NCBI GenBank assembly: GCA_013239625.1
Contig: MU054220.1
Coordinates: 7,599,367 to 7,663,366, forward strand
DNA: 64,000 nucleotides
Reading direction: 5' to 3'
Origin: Lama guanicoe
Taxonomy: Eukaryota
This document shows positions 52,511-64,000 of the stretch, piece by piece. How positions within the stretch are numbered: the first letter of the stretch is position 1; each line of letters opens with the position of its first letter. The notes under the pieces were generated by a model. It ran no database searches, had not been told where the DNA came from, and worked only from the letters and a program-made list of their open reading frames with translations. A program made the translations under genes and the position numbers.

Positions 52511-53340
52511 TGTTGGGATTCAGAATATGTTACCCAAAATGTGCTACTGTGGCATATTGATTATTGTGGAATGAAAAATATTTGAGAAACAAGCAGTACA
52601 AGGACACTATGAACCTCCCTTTGTCTTCCTGAAACAAAAGATAAATCTCCAATGTGAAAGGTGCTCTTCCTGTAACAAAAGGGGGGAAGGTAACTTCATG
52701 AGCAGAGACAGAGATTTCAGTCCCACCTCTCCCACCTCCTGACCTCCAGGGAGGGGAGAGAGGATAGAGGTTGAATCAATCGCCAATGGCCAGTGACGTA
52801 ATCCATCATGCCTCTGTGATGAAACCTCCATAAAAACTCAAAAGGACAAGGTTCAGAGAGCTCTGGGGTTGGTGTGTACACGCCGATGCCGAGAGAGTGG
52901 CCCCCCCAGAGGGGGCATGGAGACTCCACCACTCTTCCCATATTCCTTCCCCTACGCACCTCTTTCATCTGGCTATTCCTGAATTATATCCTTTTTTAAT
53001 AATAAACCATTAATCTAGGAGGTAAAATGTTTCTCTGAGTTCTGTGAGCTTCTCTAGAAAATTCATCAAGCTCAAGGAAGGGGTCATTAGAACCTCCAGC
53101 CTATACTAGGTTGGCGAGAAGCGCGGTTAACAACGTGGGCTTGTGATTGGCATTTGAAGTGTGTGCGGGTAGAGCAGTCTTATAGGACTGAGCCCTTACC
53201 CTGTGGGATCTGATGCCATCTCCAGGTAGATGGTGTCAGAACTCAGTTGAATTTTAGAATACCTAACTGATATCCAAAATGTGGGAACTTTCCCCTAACC
53301 CCAAATACACAACATATATTGGAATTAATTAGTGATCAGA
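52511..53340 (+). mobile_element. ERV LTR with a MER21-like body and a MER34-group-like 5' end
   Basis: tgttgggattcagaatatgttacccaaaatg.. then cctgacctccagggaggggagagagg..ttctctgagttctgtgagc..ctccaggtagatggtgtcagaa. Confidence 0.75.
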
Positions 53341-53510
53341 AAGCTGAAAAGGCATTTCACGCAGTAAGCTTTGGATTTTGACAAATGCAGGCTTTAAATC
53401 CGAGTTTGCCAAAGGAAAGTTGTGAAATCTTTTTTTTTTTTCTAATTTGTCAACCCTAATACGCTTCAGTTTCATCCTCAATAAAATAGCAATCATGATA
53501 TCTACCTTCC

Positions 53511-53958
53511 GGAGGGTGAATGGTTGTCCTCCAAAATATACGTCCAGCATCTACTTCTCAGAACCTGCGAACGTTACCTTCTTTGGAAAAAGAGTCTTTG
53601 CACATGGAACAAAAGTAAGAATCTTGAGATGAAATCATCCTGAGTGGGCCCTAAGTCCAATGACAAGTGTCCTTATAAAAGTATGGCAAAGAGAAATTCA
53701 GTACAAAAAGAGGAAGAGACAATATGACCACTGAAGCAGAGACTGGAGTGATGGGGCCATGAATCAAGGAATGAGGACACACCCAGAGCTGGAAGAGGCA
53801 AAGAATGCATTCTTCCCCACAGCTTCCAGAGGGAGGAAGAACCTGCTGAAAACTTGATTTTAGACTTCCAGCCTTTAGAGCTGTGAGACAGTACATTCCT
53901 ATTGCTTTAAGTTGTTCATTGTAGTACTTTGTGACAGCAGCACTAGGAAATTCTATAC
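53511..53958 (+). mobile_element. MaLR solo LTR (MLT1C-like) inserted into a MIR
   Basis: gaacctgcgaacgttaccttctttggaaaaagagtctttgca..cagcagcactaggaaa; MIR halves on both sides. Confidence 0.9.
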
Positions 53959-54269
53959 ACAGAGTCGCTGTGAGGACTAAATGAAACAATGGAGAGCTCT
54001 TGAAAAAATAAGCCTTAGCAATGAGATACACACATACACATATATACAGAAGTAATTCCAGAGGTTCCTCGCCAGTAATATTTATGCTGCTATGACTAAA
54101 AGGTCTGTTTCTATGTTTGCCTCATCCAGTTTGTTTTCCTCTATCAGCCTGGTACTGCTTGCTTTGTAGTTTTTGTTTGTTTTTAATTTAGCTCTCAATT
54201 GTTACAGTATCTACCGCAAACTAAGGCTTTTAAACCAAGTAGCTGTTTGGTACATTGGACTGGATGTGA

Positions 54270-54480
54270 GATTTTGACTAGGAATCAGACCAAACTGCAG
54301 TCTCATTTCACTACCTCCTGTAGCTACCCAGGTGTTGGGGCAAGTATCATGTTCTCTTTCTAATTCATCCCCTCACCTAAGAAATGAGGGTAGTGCCATC
54401 CATTTTATGGGGTCACTGTGAGGATTAGCGAAAATGACATTCAAGTGCCCCCAGCATGATAAACACTAAATAGGTTGCGA
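54270..54480 (+). mobile_element. MIR SINE
   Basis: ttggggcaagt..aaatgagggtagtg..tgtgaggattag. Confidence 0.65.
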
Positions 54481-54647
54481 TGCTTTTGCTCTCATCATGC
54501 GTGTGTACATTTTCCCGGGGTTTTGCTTTTTAATTCAAGGAATCACTAACTGTATAAAATCAGAATTATGCTCAATTACAGCTGAAACGCCTGCTTCAAG
54601 GTGGCCTCAAACTTTTTTCTGAAAGCACTCTATTTGTGCTTTTACTC

Positions 54648-54726
54648 CTTTTGTTTTTTTAATTGAAGTATATATAGTCTGTTACAGTGTGCCAATTTCT
54701 GGTGTACAGCATAAAGTCCCAGTCAT

Positions 54727-54795
<69 letters not shown>

Positions 54796-55391
54796 TTTTC
54801 ATATTCTTTTTCATTAAAGGTCATTACAAGATATTGAATATAGTTCCCTACATAGAAGAAATTTGTTTTTTATCTATTTTTATATATAGTGGTTTGCACT
54901 ATAGTCATTTACAAATCTCAAACTACCAAATTTATCCCTTCCCACCCTCTTTCCCCTGGTAACCATAGGATTGCTCACTATGTCTGCGAGTCTGTTTCTG
55001 TTTTGTACATGAGTTCATCTACAAAGATCCAAAAAAGTGTCCTCTTTTATCTGTTTTTTTGTTTTCAGATTCCACGCATGAGTGATATCATATGGTATTT
55101 TTCTTTCTGTTTCTGGCTTACTTCACTTAGAATGACGACGATCTCCAGGTCCATTCATGTTGCTGCAAATTTTTTTTTTTATCACTGAGCAGTATTCCAT
55201 TGTATAAATATACCACAACTTCTTTATCCAGTCATCTGTCAATGGACATTTAGGTGGCTTTCATGTCTTGGCTATTGGATATGTTGCTGCAATGAACAAT
55301 GGAGTACATGTATTTTTTGAATTAAGGGTCCCCCTGGATATGTGCCCAGGAGTGGGGTTGCTGGATCATATGGTGAGTCTATATTCAGTTT
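54648..55391 (-). mobile_element. Young LINE-1 3' end (camelid L1-like) with a 15-bp TSD and an internal (CA)n(TA)n
   Basis: TSD tttgtgcttttactc at 54633-54647 and 55392-55406; L1 3'UTR and ORF2 antisense text. Confidence 0.95.
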
Positions 55392-55494
55392 TTTGTGCTT
55401 TTACTCTTTCATCTCTGTAAACAGCAATAGGGTGGTATGGCATGATGTATACTCTTTCATTTGTTTGGTTGGTTGGTTCTTATTTTGGGGGGCT

Positions 55495-55957
55495 TGGTAG
55501 TTTGTGTTTGGACCTGAAACAGTCCTTTGTTTTTCTCCCTGTTTTGTAGGAGACAGAAGCCTGGAAACTACATTTCCCAGAATCCCTTGCCAGCAGAGTT
55601 CAGGTTTAGAATCGGCCAGGGAGACAAGTGCCTGTGAGATCTGGAGAAGGGTGGTGAAGGAGAAGTCAGTGTGGCTTCTCTGCCACTGTCTGGCAGGTGA
55701 TTCTGCAGAAGGGTGACGCCTGGTTTTCCAGTGGCTCTGGAAAATTCTCCAATGACTCACTTAAGTGATGCAGGAAACAGTTTCATGTGATTTCTACAGC
55801 TTCCAGATTTTCTGAGATCAATGGCTTTACCAGATGTATACTCTTCCAGTCTCTCCAATGAATGTGTGAATGTGTAAGCCACAAAACCCTGAATTAAACT
55901 TCTTCCTGTCTGAAATTCATAGTTTTATGTTTTCCTGACAAAACTTTATCTGATACA
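55495..55957 (+). mobile_element. ERVL solo LTR (LTR33-like)
   Basis: ggaaactacatttcccagaatcccttgccagc ... ctgataca. Confidence 0.8.
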
Positions 55958-56469
55958 GCTGAATAGAAAGCTATTTTTTAAAAAATTTGGAAAATTGGAA
56001 ACCAGAAGTTATTCAAAGCTTCACCATCATGAAATGTTGACAATATTTTAGTATATTAGTTTTGTATCTTTTTTCTACTAAAAAACAACATAGTACACTG
56101 TGCAACTAATATTCGTTTGCCAAAGCTTACACGTCCCCCTTTTCCAGAGAGAGATATTATTGAGTTTGATTGTATTCTTCAAGACCATTTTTATACTTTC
56201 CATAAAAATATCTGTATCCATTTGAAATTATCATATTCGTTTTTATACAAATGGTATGAAGCAAACTGATAGTAGCTCATTGCTAATTTCTGTGCATATC
56301 GTTCTGCAATTTGCTATATAGACTTATTAGCGGCAGGTGACTAATAAGTATTTGATGACTGTGCAAATAAGAACACACTGTGTTTTAAACTAATAATGTG
56401 GATGCATTCACATACAACACACCACTTTTTACCGCTCTATTATAATCTATAATTGCTTTAATAAACACG

Positions 56470-56785
56470 GTAGTATTTAGCTCTTTGTGAAACTTTGCTG
56501 CACATTAGAATCACTTCAGGAGCTGAGTTCCAGCAATAAATGTTGTTTTATTAAATGTGGAGAGTGGTCCAGGTATTGGATTTTGAGTGTCACCAGTGAT
56601 TCTATTATGCAGCTAAGGGAGAAAACCACTGCTATAGGTAGTACTTCTCCAATGTTCATGCATAAAAATCACCTGGGAATCTGGTTAAAATGCAGATTTT
56701 GATTCTAGGTCTGGAAAACACTCCATACTGGATTCCTAACAAGCTCCACAGTGATCTGACAAGATTTTCAAATTATTACCACTGA
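56470..56785. mobile_element. Two MER5-like DNA transposons
   Basis: gctgcacattagaatcact..gtgattctattatgcagc; aatcacctgggaatctggttaaaatgcagattttgattc. Confidence 0.75.
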
Positions 56786-57469
56786 TATATGAGAGGGAGT
56801 TTTGGTTTTTGTTTTAGTCTTCTATTCTGCTAAAGTGTTAGAGCTAATAGCTTCTCAGTTGGCTCTCGTCTACTTTCTAAATAAATAATTGAGTCACATG
56901 AAAATAACAGCAAGTTTGCCATTCGATTTTGTCAGTCTGTTCAATCACAATATCTTTATTTGCTATGAATAGGATGCTCATTACAAAATCAAACATATTC
57001 AGTAATAGTGAGCCTTGTTATATTTTTCATTTTTACAAAGAATACGTATTTCATCATTAAGCTGGATTTTTGTTTTATGTTTTATTAATAATCATGTATT
57101 AAGCTAAAGAAATTGTATAGTACTACTAGCATGAGGAGTAATTTTTTATTGCAAACATATGATAATTTTAGAGAAGAGTTTTTGGCATCTATCAGCAAAT
57201 CACGTGGTTTTTTGTTTTTTGTTAATAAAATAAAATACATTAGTTTTGAATTATCTTTTTTTCAACATTCTACAATTTTCTGTGTTCTAGAAGACTTTGT
57301 ATAGAATGGGTGTTTTTCATCCTTGAATACTGAAACTCACTTGTAAAACTGAGTTTTGTGAATTATTTATGTCAGTGTTCTCATTTTGTTAATGGTTAAC
57401 AGTGATCTTGTTTTCTAATTTATCTAGGCTGCTTTGGACATTTACATTTTTCTAGAAAAGAGCTCACAT

Positions 57470-58230
57470 CATTGAGGATATCAAGTGCTGGCAAGGGCAG
57501 GGAGTAAATTAATACATTGTTGAAAAGGATGTAAATTGTTTGAAAAATAAAAAGCATGTATCTCCTCAAACTAGACATGTGCATATCCCAAGGATCAGAA
57601 ATTCCTCTAAGGTGTATATATATATATAATTAAATGTATATATGTACATATACATACATATAAAAATTCATATATATACACACATATAAATACATATATA
57701 GTACATATATAAATACTATACATATATATATAGTGCAAAAGTTAAGTTTTTGTTTCCAAAGAAAGTCTTAAACAAAATATGTTAAGAGTAATTTCATTCA
57801 TGATAATTAAATACTGGAAATAACTCTAATGTCTATTAAGATAAAAATACATAAACAAATTGTGGTATATTTATATAAAGGAATAATAATCCATTGCAAT
57901 AAAGAACAAATTTCTGTTACATGTAAGAATATGGCTGAATTTCAGACACAAAATATTGAACATAAGATGCCAGACATAAAAAGATGCATACTGGATAGTA
58001 CTACTTATATGGCGGTCAAGAAGGCAAAACCAAACTGTCTAGGTGGAAATCAAATGTGTGATTAATTATGAGGGGACATTTGAATGGAGAGGGACTTCAG
58101 CAATCTTCTAGGGTGTTGGAAATCTGACTGGTGGGTACATGTATATATACATATGTAAAAATTATAAGCCGTACTGAAAATCTCCACGATTTATTTCTAT
58201 TGTACTTCATCCAAAAGGAAATTTTTTTAA
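57470..58230 (+). mobile_element. Old L1 (L1ME-like) 3' fragment
   Basis: actggaaataactctaatgtc..ataaacaaattgtggtatattta. Confidence 0.65.
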
Positions 58231-59631
58231 AGGGAAAAATTTGTGAGGTACATACCTACCTGTTCTTACTGGAAAGAGCTGTAGGATAAAACATGTCGAC
58301 TTTTAAATTTTTCGTGGATAAAATATGGTATCTGTGATGTCAACAAAAGGATTCTATACACATACATAAACACATTTCATTATATTTTTGATTTGTGTGT
58401 GTGTGTTTGCGTATGTATGATAGAATATACTTATGCACCATTGTATATTTGTTCTTGAAGAATAGACAAATCTTCCTTTTATGGGTGGTTATTATGGGCA
58501 CAGAAAAGCTGGAGGTAGTGGATAAGAAAGAATGTATGTCTTTTATGGTATCTCTGTATGAAATGCATTTTTAATTATCTCAGTGTATTTCTAACATTTA
58601 GTTTTGAAAAATAATAACCAAAAAATTTGGGAAGAGTACTTACAGATCAGTTTCATCTTCTTTTTTTTTTACTTTTCTATATTTTAAATGTCTATTAAGG
58701 GTTACAAAACATAATGTACATTTTATAAATGTTATTACCGTTGTTATGATTAGAGGACAATGCATTATTGCCTTTGATTTGCACCAGGCTAGAGCCCTCT
58801 GTACCAGGTATTTGGAAAGGAAAATCCCTAAGATTAGTCTTCTGATGACGAGGATTGCATTGTGTTAGCTTTTGTTTCTCCATTCTGGAGTATTGTTTAT
58901 ACTACTTCCTTTCATACTTAACTGGTTTTATTCCTAATAGGTGACCCAGCGTCTATCTGGCAAATGTTTGGAGGATGTAACCTTCCCATTTGCTGCTAAA
59001 AAGAACAAAAATTCTCTCATTTTATTGAATTGCCCAACATCTCCCGTCACCTAGATATTATATACTCAAAATAGTTCTCATGTAAGACTAGTATACACTC
59101 TTTTCAGCCCAATATTCATGAAATATTACTAAAAAGAGCATTTCTACTAAGCATAGCTATAGAAAACATAAAATTATCTAAAAACAGAATTTCTGTAATA
59201 GGATTTTTGCACTTGAACATATTTTATAGTGGGTGACGTAGTTTTTGCAGATTTGTTAACTGAAATTTGTATGAATTAGAGAATAATTTCAATTCCATTG
59301 AATTAGAAATTTAGAGTGAAACTTCAGTTACTGTTCTGGTGGTAAGTTTGGGTTCCAAAGTTTTAAATTGTATTTAGGGACAAAAATTATATAAAAGCAC
59401 AATGTAAGAAATCTTGCCAGAAGAAAAATGTTAAACAATTTATAAATCTATCAGTGGAAGATTAATTAATTAGCAAGTTAAATTATGGAGCTGAAATTTC
59501 AAGCATAAATTGTAAAAGAACAAAGTAGTTTCATATTTACTCTTACAGACAATTTTTTACAATAGGTCCTTATGAAGCAGACAACCATTACAATTGATGC
59601 TCAAAAATAATAACATGAAAAAGTGTATGTC

Positions 59632-59635
<4 letters not shown>

Positions 59636-59670
<35 letters not shown>
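59636..59670. repeat. (TG)n microsatellite
   Basis: Directly visible, uninterrupted. Confidence 0.95.
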
Positions 59671-59672
<2 letters not shown>

Positions 59673-60199
59673 TTAAAAGCTTTTGTGGGTATATAAAAAA
59701 GATTTAGAAAGAACATCAAATGGTAACTCTTGGCTACCACCAGAGAAGACATTAGGATTCGTGGATGATCAATGTGGAAGGCAATGGGCTTTAACTCCTA
59801 AATTTTACTTCATTTGCATGAAAGAATTTGTTTACATTACTTCATAAATAAGCAAACAGTTATGCAGCATGTCTGTTATAAAAACAATCTCCTACAATGG
59901 TATCTGATTTTCTAAACTATTAGTGCAAAGAAAGAAAAGCCTGCCTCTGTTGAAATAAAATCTCAAACTGACAATGCTTTATCTGTCACATATCATCCTG
60001 ATGGTCACCCACACAGCCACTTTAAAATCCATTTTGAAAACAAACCATGACGCTCTGTTTTTAAAAATAAGTACGTAATCTTCCCCAGTTTGAGAGAAAT
60101 GAGCCAGTGGCCCCAAATCATAGTTGTAGTCAGTGTTTTTCCAGAGTGTTAATTTCTTTCTGAAGGCTATGCTCCCTGCATCAGAATATAGGCATCTTA

Positions 60200-60545
60200 C
60201 CCCCGTTTCTTCCAGTACTTCTGTGTTTACTTACCGAGCAGGACTGAAACGGAGACGTCTAGTGAAGCGGCTTGAGAGTGAAATGTGCAAGGGGGAAGTG
60301 ATCAGAATGGTCCTACATGGAGCGACCGCTCCCTTGAGCTGGCCGAACACAGAGGACTTGAACTTTGTGAGAAGAGCACCTCCTCTGCGAACACAGCCCT
60401 TTCAGTCAGTGGAACACTTCGCAGCTGCTCTCTTAAACCAAACTGCCTTTCGTTTTCTGAATTACGTGGAATGAAGAACAACAGCAGTCAAATGCCTGTT
60501 GCTGGGACGTTTGACCGAAGTGTGGCATGGAAACTCAAGACGAAA
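60200..60545 (-). promoter_or_regulatory. Candidate promoter/first exon (CpG-enriched patch with minus-strand donors)
   Basis: 15 CpG in about 345 bp; donors TCG|GTAAGT (60235/60234) and GGG|GTAAGA (60201/60200); ETS/PU.1-like GGGGAAGTG. Confidence 0.4.
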
Positions 60546-60779
60546 AATGAAATGGAATGAATGAGACCAGTCAACAGACAGGATACAGTAAAACAAAGTC
60601 ATAGGAAAGAAGGACCTTTGACACCTGAGTTAGTTTCTACTGCTGCTCTCCTATTTATCCAGAGCCAATCTTACATCAAATACTATTTTTGAATACAGCA
60701 GATGTTTCAAACAGGCTATTCCTTGACTCAATCTCTTTCTCTAGATGCTGTAGAGCACAAAAGAATGATAAGGCTTAGC

Positions 60780-61310
60780 AATTATGTCCCAGCTCTACAT
60801 CCGGTTTTGAAGTAACCCTTCGTCTAAAGTACCCCTTCTAAGCGTGGTCTGTCAGATCTGGCTTCCATGTGTTCTCTCTCCTCGTCTCCTACGTTTCCTT
60901 TCCTTTCATTAACTTCCAGTCACTCTGGCCTCTCTATTCCTGGGAACTGCCAAACTCACTTTTGCCCCACAACACTGAGGTTTCCTCCCCTGCCTGCCTG
61001 GAACGTTCTTCCCTTGGATCTTTACGTATTTGATTCTTTTAGCCATTCCCATCACAGTTCAGATATGCTCTCTCCAGAGAAACTTGGCTAAACACCCTAT
61101 TTAATGTTGTCTGTTACACATGCTGTCTCCTACTATCAAGTTTTAATTTCTTAACACAGATCATGTTCTGAAAATAACTGATTTACTCGTTTACTGTTCA
61201 TTTTCTGATTCTTCCAGTGGATTATTAAAACTGGGAGAGTAGGGACTCTGTTTTGTGAACTTCTTCATCACCAGCTCATAGGACATTTCTTAAAAGTCTG
61301 ACAAATGAAC
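60780..61310 (+). mobile_element. L2 3' portion
   Basis: ccagtcactctggcctc..tgcctggaacgttcttccc..gtagggactctg. Confidence 0.75.
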
Positions 61311-61694
61311 TCATCAATATAAAATGTCTATTAGTTGTGATTTAAAAGGAACAATTTGAGTTTCTTGGACACTAATAGATGAAATGGAATTAGAGCTAGA
61401 AGGTCATGGTCCTAAGGACATCAAACTAAAAAATATTTGATAAGAAACTGTTTAAATCCTGAACTTGTTAGAACAGAGCTTTGTAAATTCTGGGATCCAC
61501 TTTGAGGATCAAGATATGCTCAGTCTTCCTAGGTTAAAGGCTCTCAGAGTTGACATCTTCCACTTGAAAAAAAAGGGGACCAAACATCCTTGGCTTGGAT
61601 TGTTGTTTGGGGCTGTCTGTCTTTTGAGAATGAGGCACCTTGAAAGAGAAACAGCCTACTTGGGTGTGTTTTCTTTGTCTTTTCTTCTCCTCCA

Positions 61695-62140
61695 TTTAAA
61701 AAAAAAATTGAAGTGAAATACACATAACAAAAAACTAAGCTTTTTAAAATATACATTTCAGTGACATTTAGTATATTCACAATGTTGTACAACTACCACC
61801 TGTGTTTAGTTCCAAAACATTTTCATCACTGCAAAATGGAACCCCGTAGTTACTCCACATTCTCCCACTTCCCCAGCCCCTCGTGACCTCCTGTCTGTTT
61901 TCTGTGCCTACGGATTTACCTCTTCTGGATATTTCATATAAAAAGAATCATCCAATATGTTACCTTTTGTGTCTGGCTCTTTTCAACTAGAATAAAATTT
62001 TCAAGGCTCATTAACATGGTAGCACACATCAATACTTCCTTCCTCTACATTGCAGAATAATATTTTGTTTATCCATTTATTTGTTGATGGACATTTGGAT
62101 TGTTTTCACTTTTTGGCCCCAGCGAATAGCACTGCTATGT
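61695..62140 (-). mobile_element. LINE-1 (L1MB-like) 3' end
   Basis: tcagtgacatttagtatattcacaatgttgtacaactaccacc..gttgatggacatttggattgtttt. Confidence 0.85.
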
Positions 62141-62672
62141 ACTTGGGTATGGCTTTAAAAGGATAATAAATACAGCCCACTCTTGACTCAAAAGTTTAGT
62201 GCTAATGGTAAGCATATTGCAGCAAGAACTATTCACTCTTTGTTATTGATATTTCTCTATATCTTCAGTGGCGAAAAAAAATTCTTGACATTTTAAGTGA
62301 TTGATTGATTAATTGGAGCTCTGTATTAGGGCTCAAAGATCAGCTCAGAAGGAAGATAGACCACCAAGCTGGGAACCCTTGTTACAGAACTTTGTGAACT
62401 CTTACTTACATTTAATTTTTATTATGTGTGGAGATACCTATTTGGATATGTGTTCTTCCAGGTTAGAACTGGGTCACGTTCCTCTTTGTTGTTTTGACTT
62501 CGATCTCTGAGGCTGATGCACAGGAGACAGTTGATAAATGACATGATTTGGATGAATACATTCATACATCTATGAATAAACCGAGGAAAACAATTGGAAC
62601 AGAACTCTGAAAAAGAGAGGCGATTGTGGTAATTTTTAAAGAAGAGAGAGAAAGAATAAGGATCTGTATCTG

Positions 62673-63227
62673 TGTGGTAAACAGCGTCTAAAACGGACTC
62701 CAAGGATCCCTATCTTCTTCCTGACACTTACACCCTTACGTAATCCCCTCCTCCTGGGCGTGGGCTGGGTCTACTGACTTGCTTCTGATCAATAGAATAG
62801 TGATGGGATTTTGACATTTAGATTACAAGGGATTATGGTGTAGAGCTTTTTCACTCTCTTCTTGTCTCTCTCTGTGTTTTTCCTACTTGGTCAGTCTGGT
62901 GAAGTTAGCTGCCATGTTTTGAGCTGTACTGTGGGGAAGCCCACATTGAAAGGAAATTAGGAAAGATTTTATCCAATTGCCAACAAGTTCCTCAGGTCCT
63001 CAATCCAACAGCCAGCCCAAACTGAATCCTGCTACCAACCATGTAAGGGAGCTTAGAAAAATCCTTTCTCCCATTGATCTTGCATTACTAGTTCTGGCCA
63101 ACAGTTTGACTGTATCCAGAGAAGCCATCTAAAGGGCACCTGAACCAAAGAAACTATGAGATAATAAAGGTTTTTGTTTAGGCTGCCAAGTTTGGAATAA
63201 TTTGTTGCACAGAGAGAGATAACTACA
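62673..63227 (+). mobile_element. MaLR solo LTR (MLT1F-like)
   Basis: tgtggtaaacag..cccttacgtaatccc..ctgaatcctgctaccaaccatg..aatttgttgcacag. Confidence 0.8.
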
Positions 63228-64000
63228 TAGACCTGGGACAGAGATGAAAGAAAAAGGAGCCTCTAGAAGAGGTTTTATGTTGGAGCAACTTAAGACCCAC
63301 CTATGATTTCAGAAAAATCTACAAATTCTACACTTAATTTTGAATAACCTGCTTCTTTTTACATTGAATATTATTTCCAGTCATTTGAAGTTGTATCCTA
63401 GGTCTTAAGTAATTACCATGTAAACCATGCAGCTAATGTGGTTAAAAAATTGCATTTAACCCAGTAAGGAATTTGGAAATTTGGACTGTGTGAGTCTGTG
63501 GGAGAGCAAATTTGGGAGTGAAAGGAAAGCTTACAGTAGGCTGTGTTAGCTCTACTTTAGTGTGCATGGACAAATTTGAGTATAGAATAAAGTTTCATTA
63601 CTAAAAAAAAAAAACTAGCCACTTTTATAGGTAGAAACATCTTGGGGCACAAATTTTTATTATAAGAAAACTTATTTGAGCATCTTTCCTTATATATGTT
63701 AACACAAGACCCATAGACAAACCTTGTCCTTGGAAGAGGACATAAAATGACATCTGTCCACTATTTGGTTTGCTTCTTCTGTGTTCCTGCCCTTAGCATG
63801 CAGCCGTCTAGAGATGAGGGTGGCCCAATGAAGTATGGAGCTCAAGAATTTTGGGGGGAAAAAAAAAGAAAGAAAGACTGAAATCCAATCCTGGTTTTCC
63901 ATGAGATTCAAAGGTTGGGGACATCTTAGGGAGTGAACTGTGGTGTCCATGACCAAGATCTTTCCTTTAGAAAGAATATCATTTTGTTGGGGGTCCTCAA

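Noticed and set aside
52899..52918. CTCF-like CCCCCAGAGGGGGCA
   Set aside because: The spacing does not match the CTCF core, and it lies within a MER21-like LTR.
1..64000. CRISPR arrays, operons, tRNA/rRNA, known miRNA hairpins, processed pseudogenes
   Set aside because: None recognised by eye in this mammalian repeat-rich DNA; cmscan and BLASTX would be needed to exclude weak hits.

Overview
AT-rich mammalian genomic DNA, intergenic or intronic in character, with no prokaryotic features. Two young L1 3' ends resemble camelid L1 families (recalled from memory, not searched), so a camelid origin is plausible. The window is dominated by decayed interspersed repeats: L1, L2, MIR, MaLR/ERVL/ERV1 solo LTRs, and MER3/MER5/MER102 DNA transposons, plus microsatellites. 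I recognise no known protein-coding exon, tRNA, rRNA or miRNA, and the ORF track appears to be chance ORFs or L1 remnants. The most notable unexplained signals are: (i) interleaved inverted repeats at 7441-7498 (H-type pseudoknot geometry, or an inverted self-insertion scar) inside a CpG-rich, hairpin-rich patch; (ii) a candidate minus-strand spliced transcript ending at a poly(A) signal near 20.1 kb, whose four best exon candidates join into a 134-codon ORF of unknown identity; (iii) a CpG-rich promoter-like patch with minus-strand splice donors at about 60.2-60.5 kb; (iv) a CpG-retaining MLT1 LTR; (v) a perfect RFX X-box. Repeat family names were assigned by eye and boundaries are approximate. 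I cannot claim a new biological system from the sequence alone.
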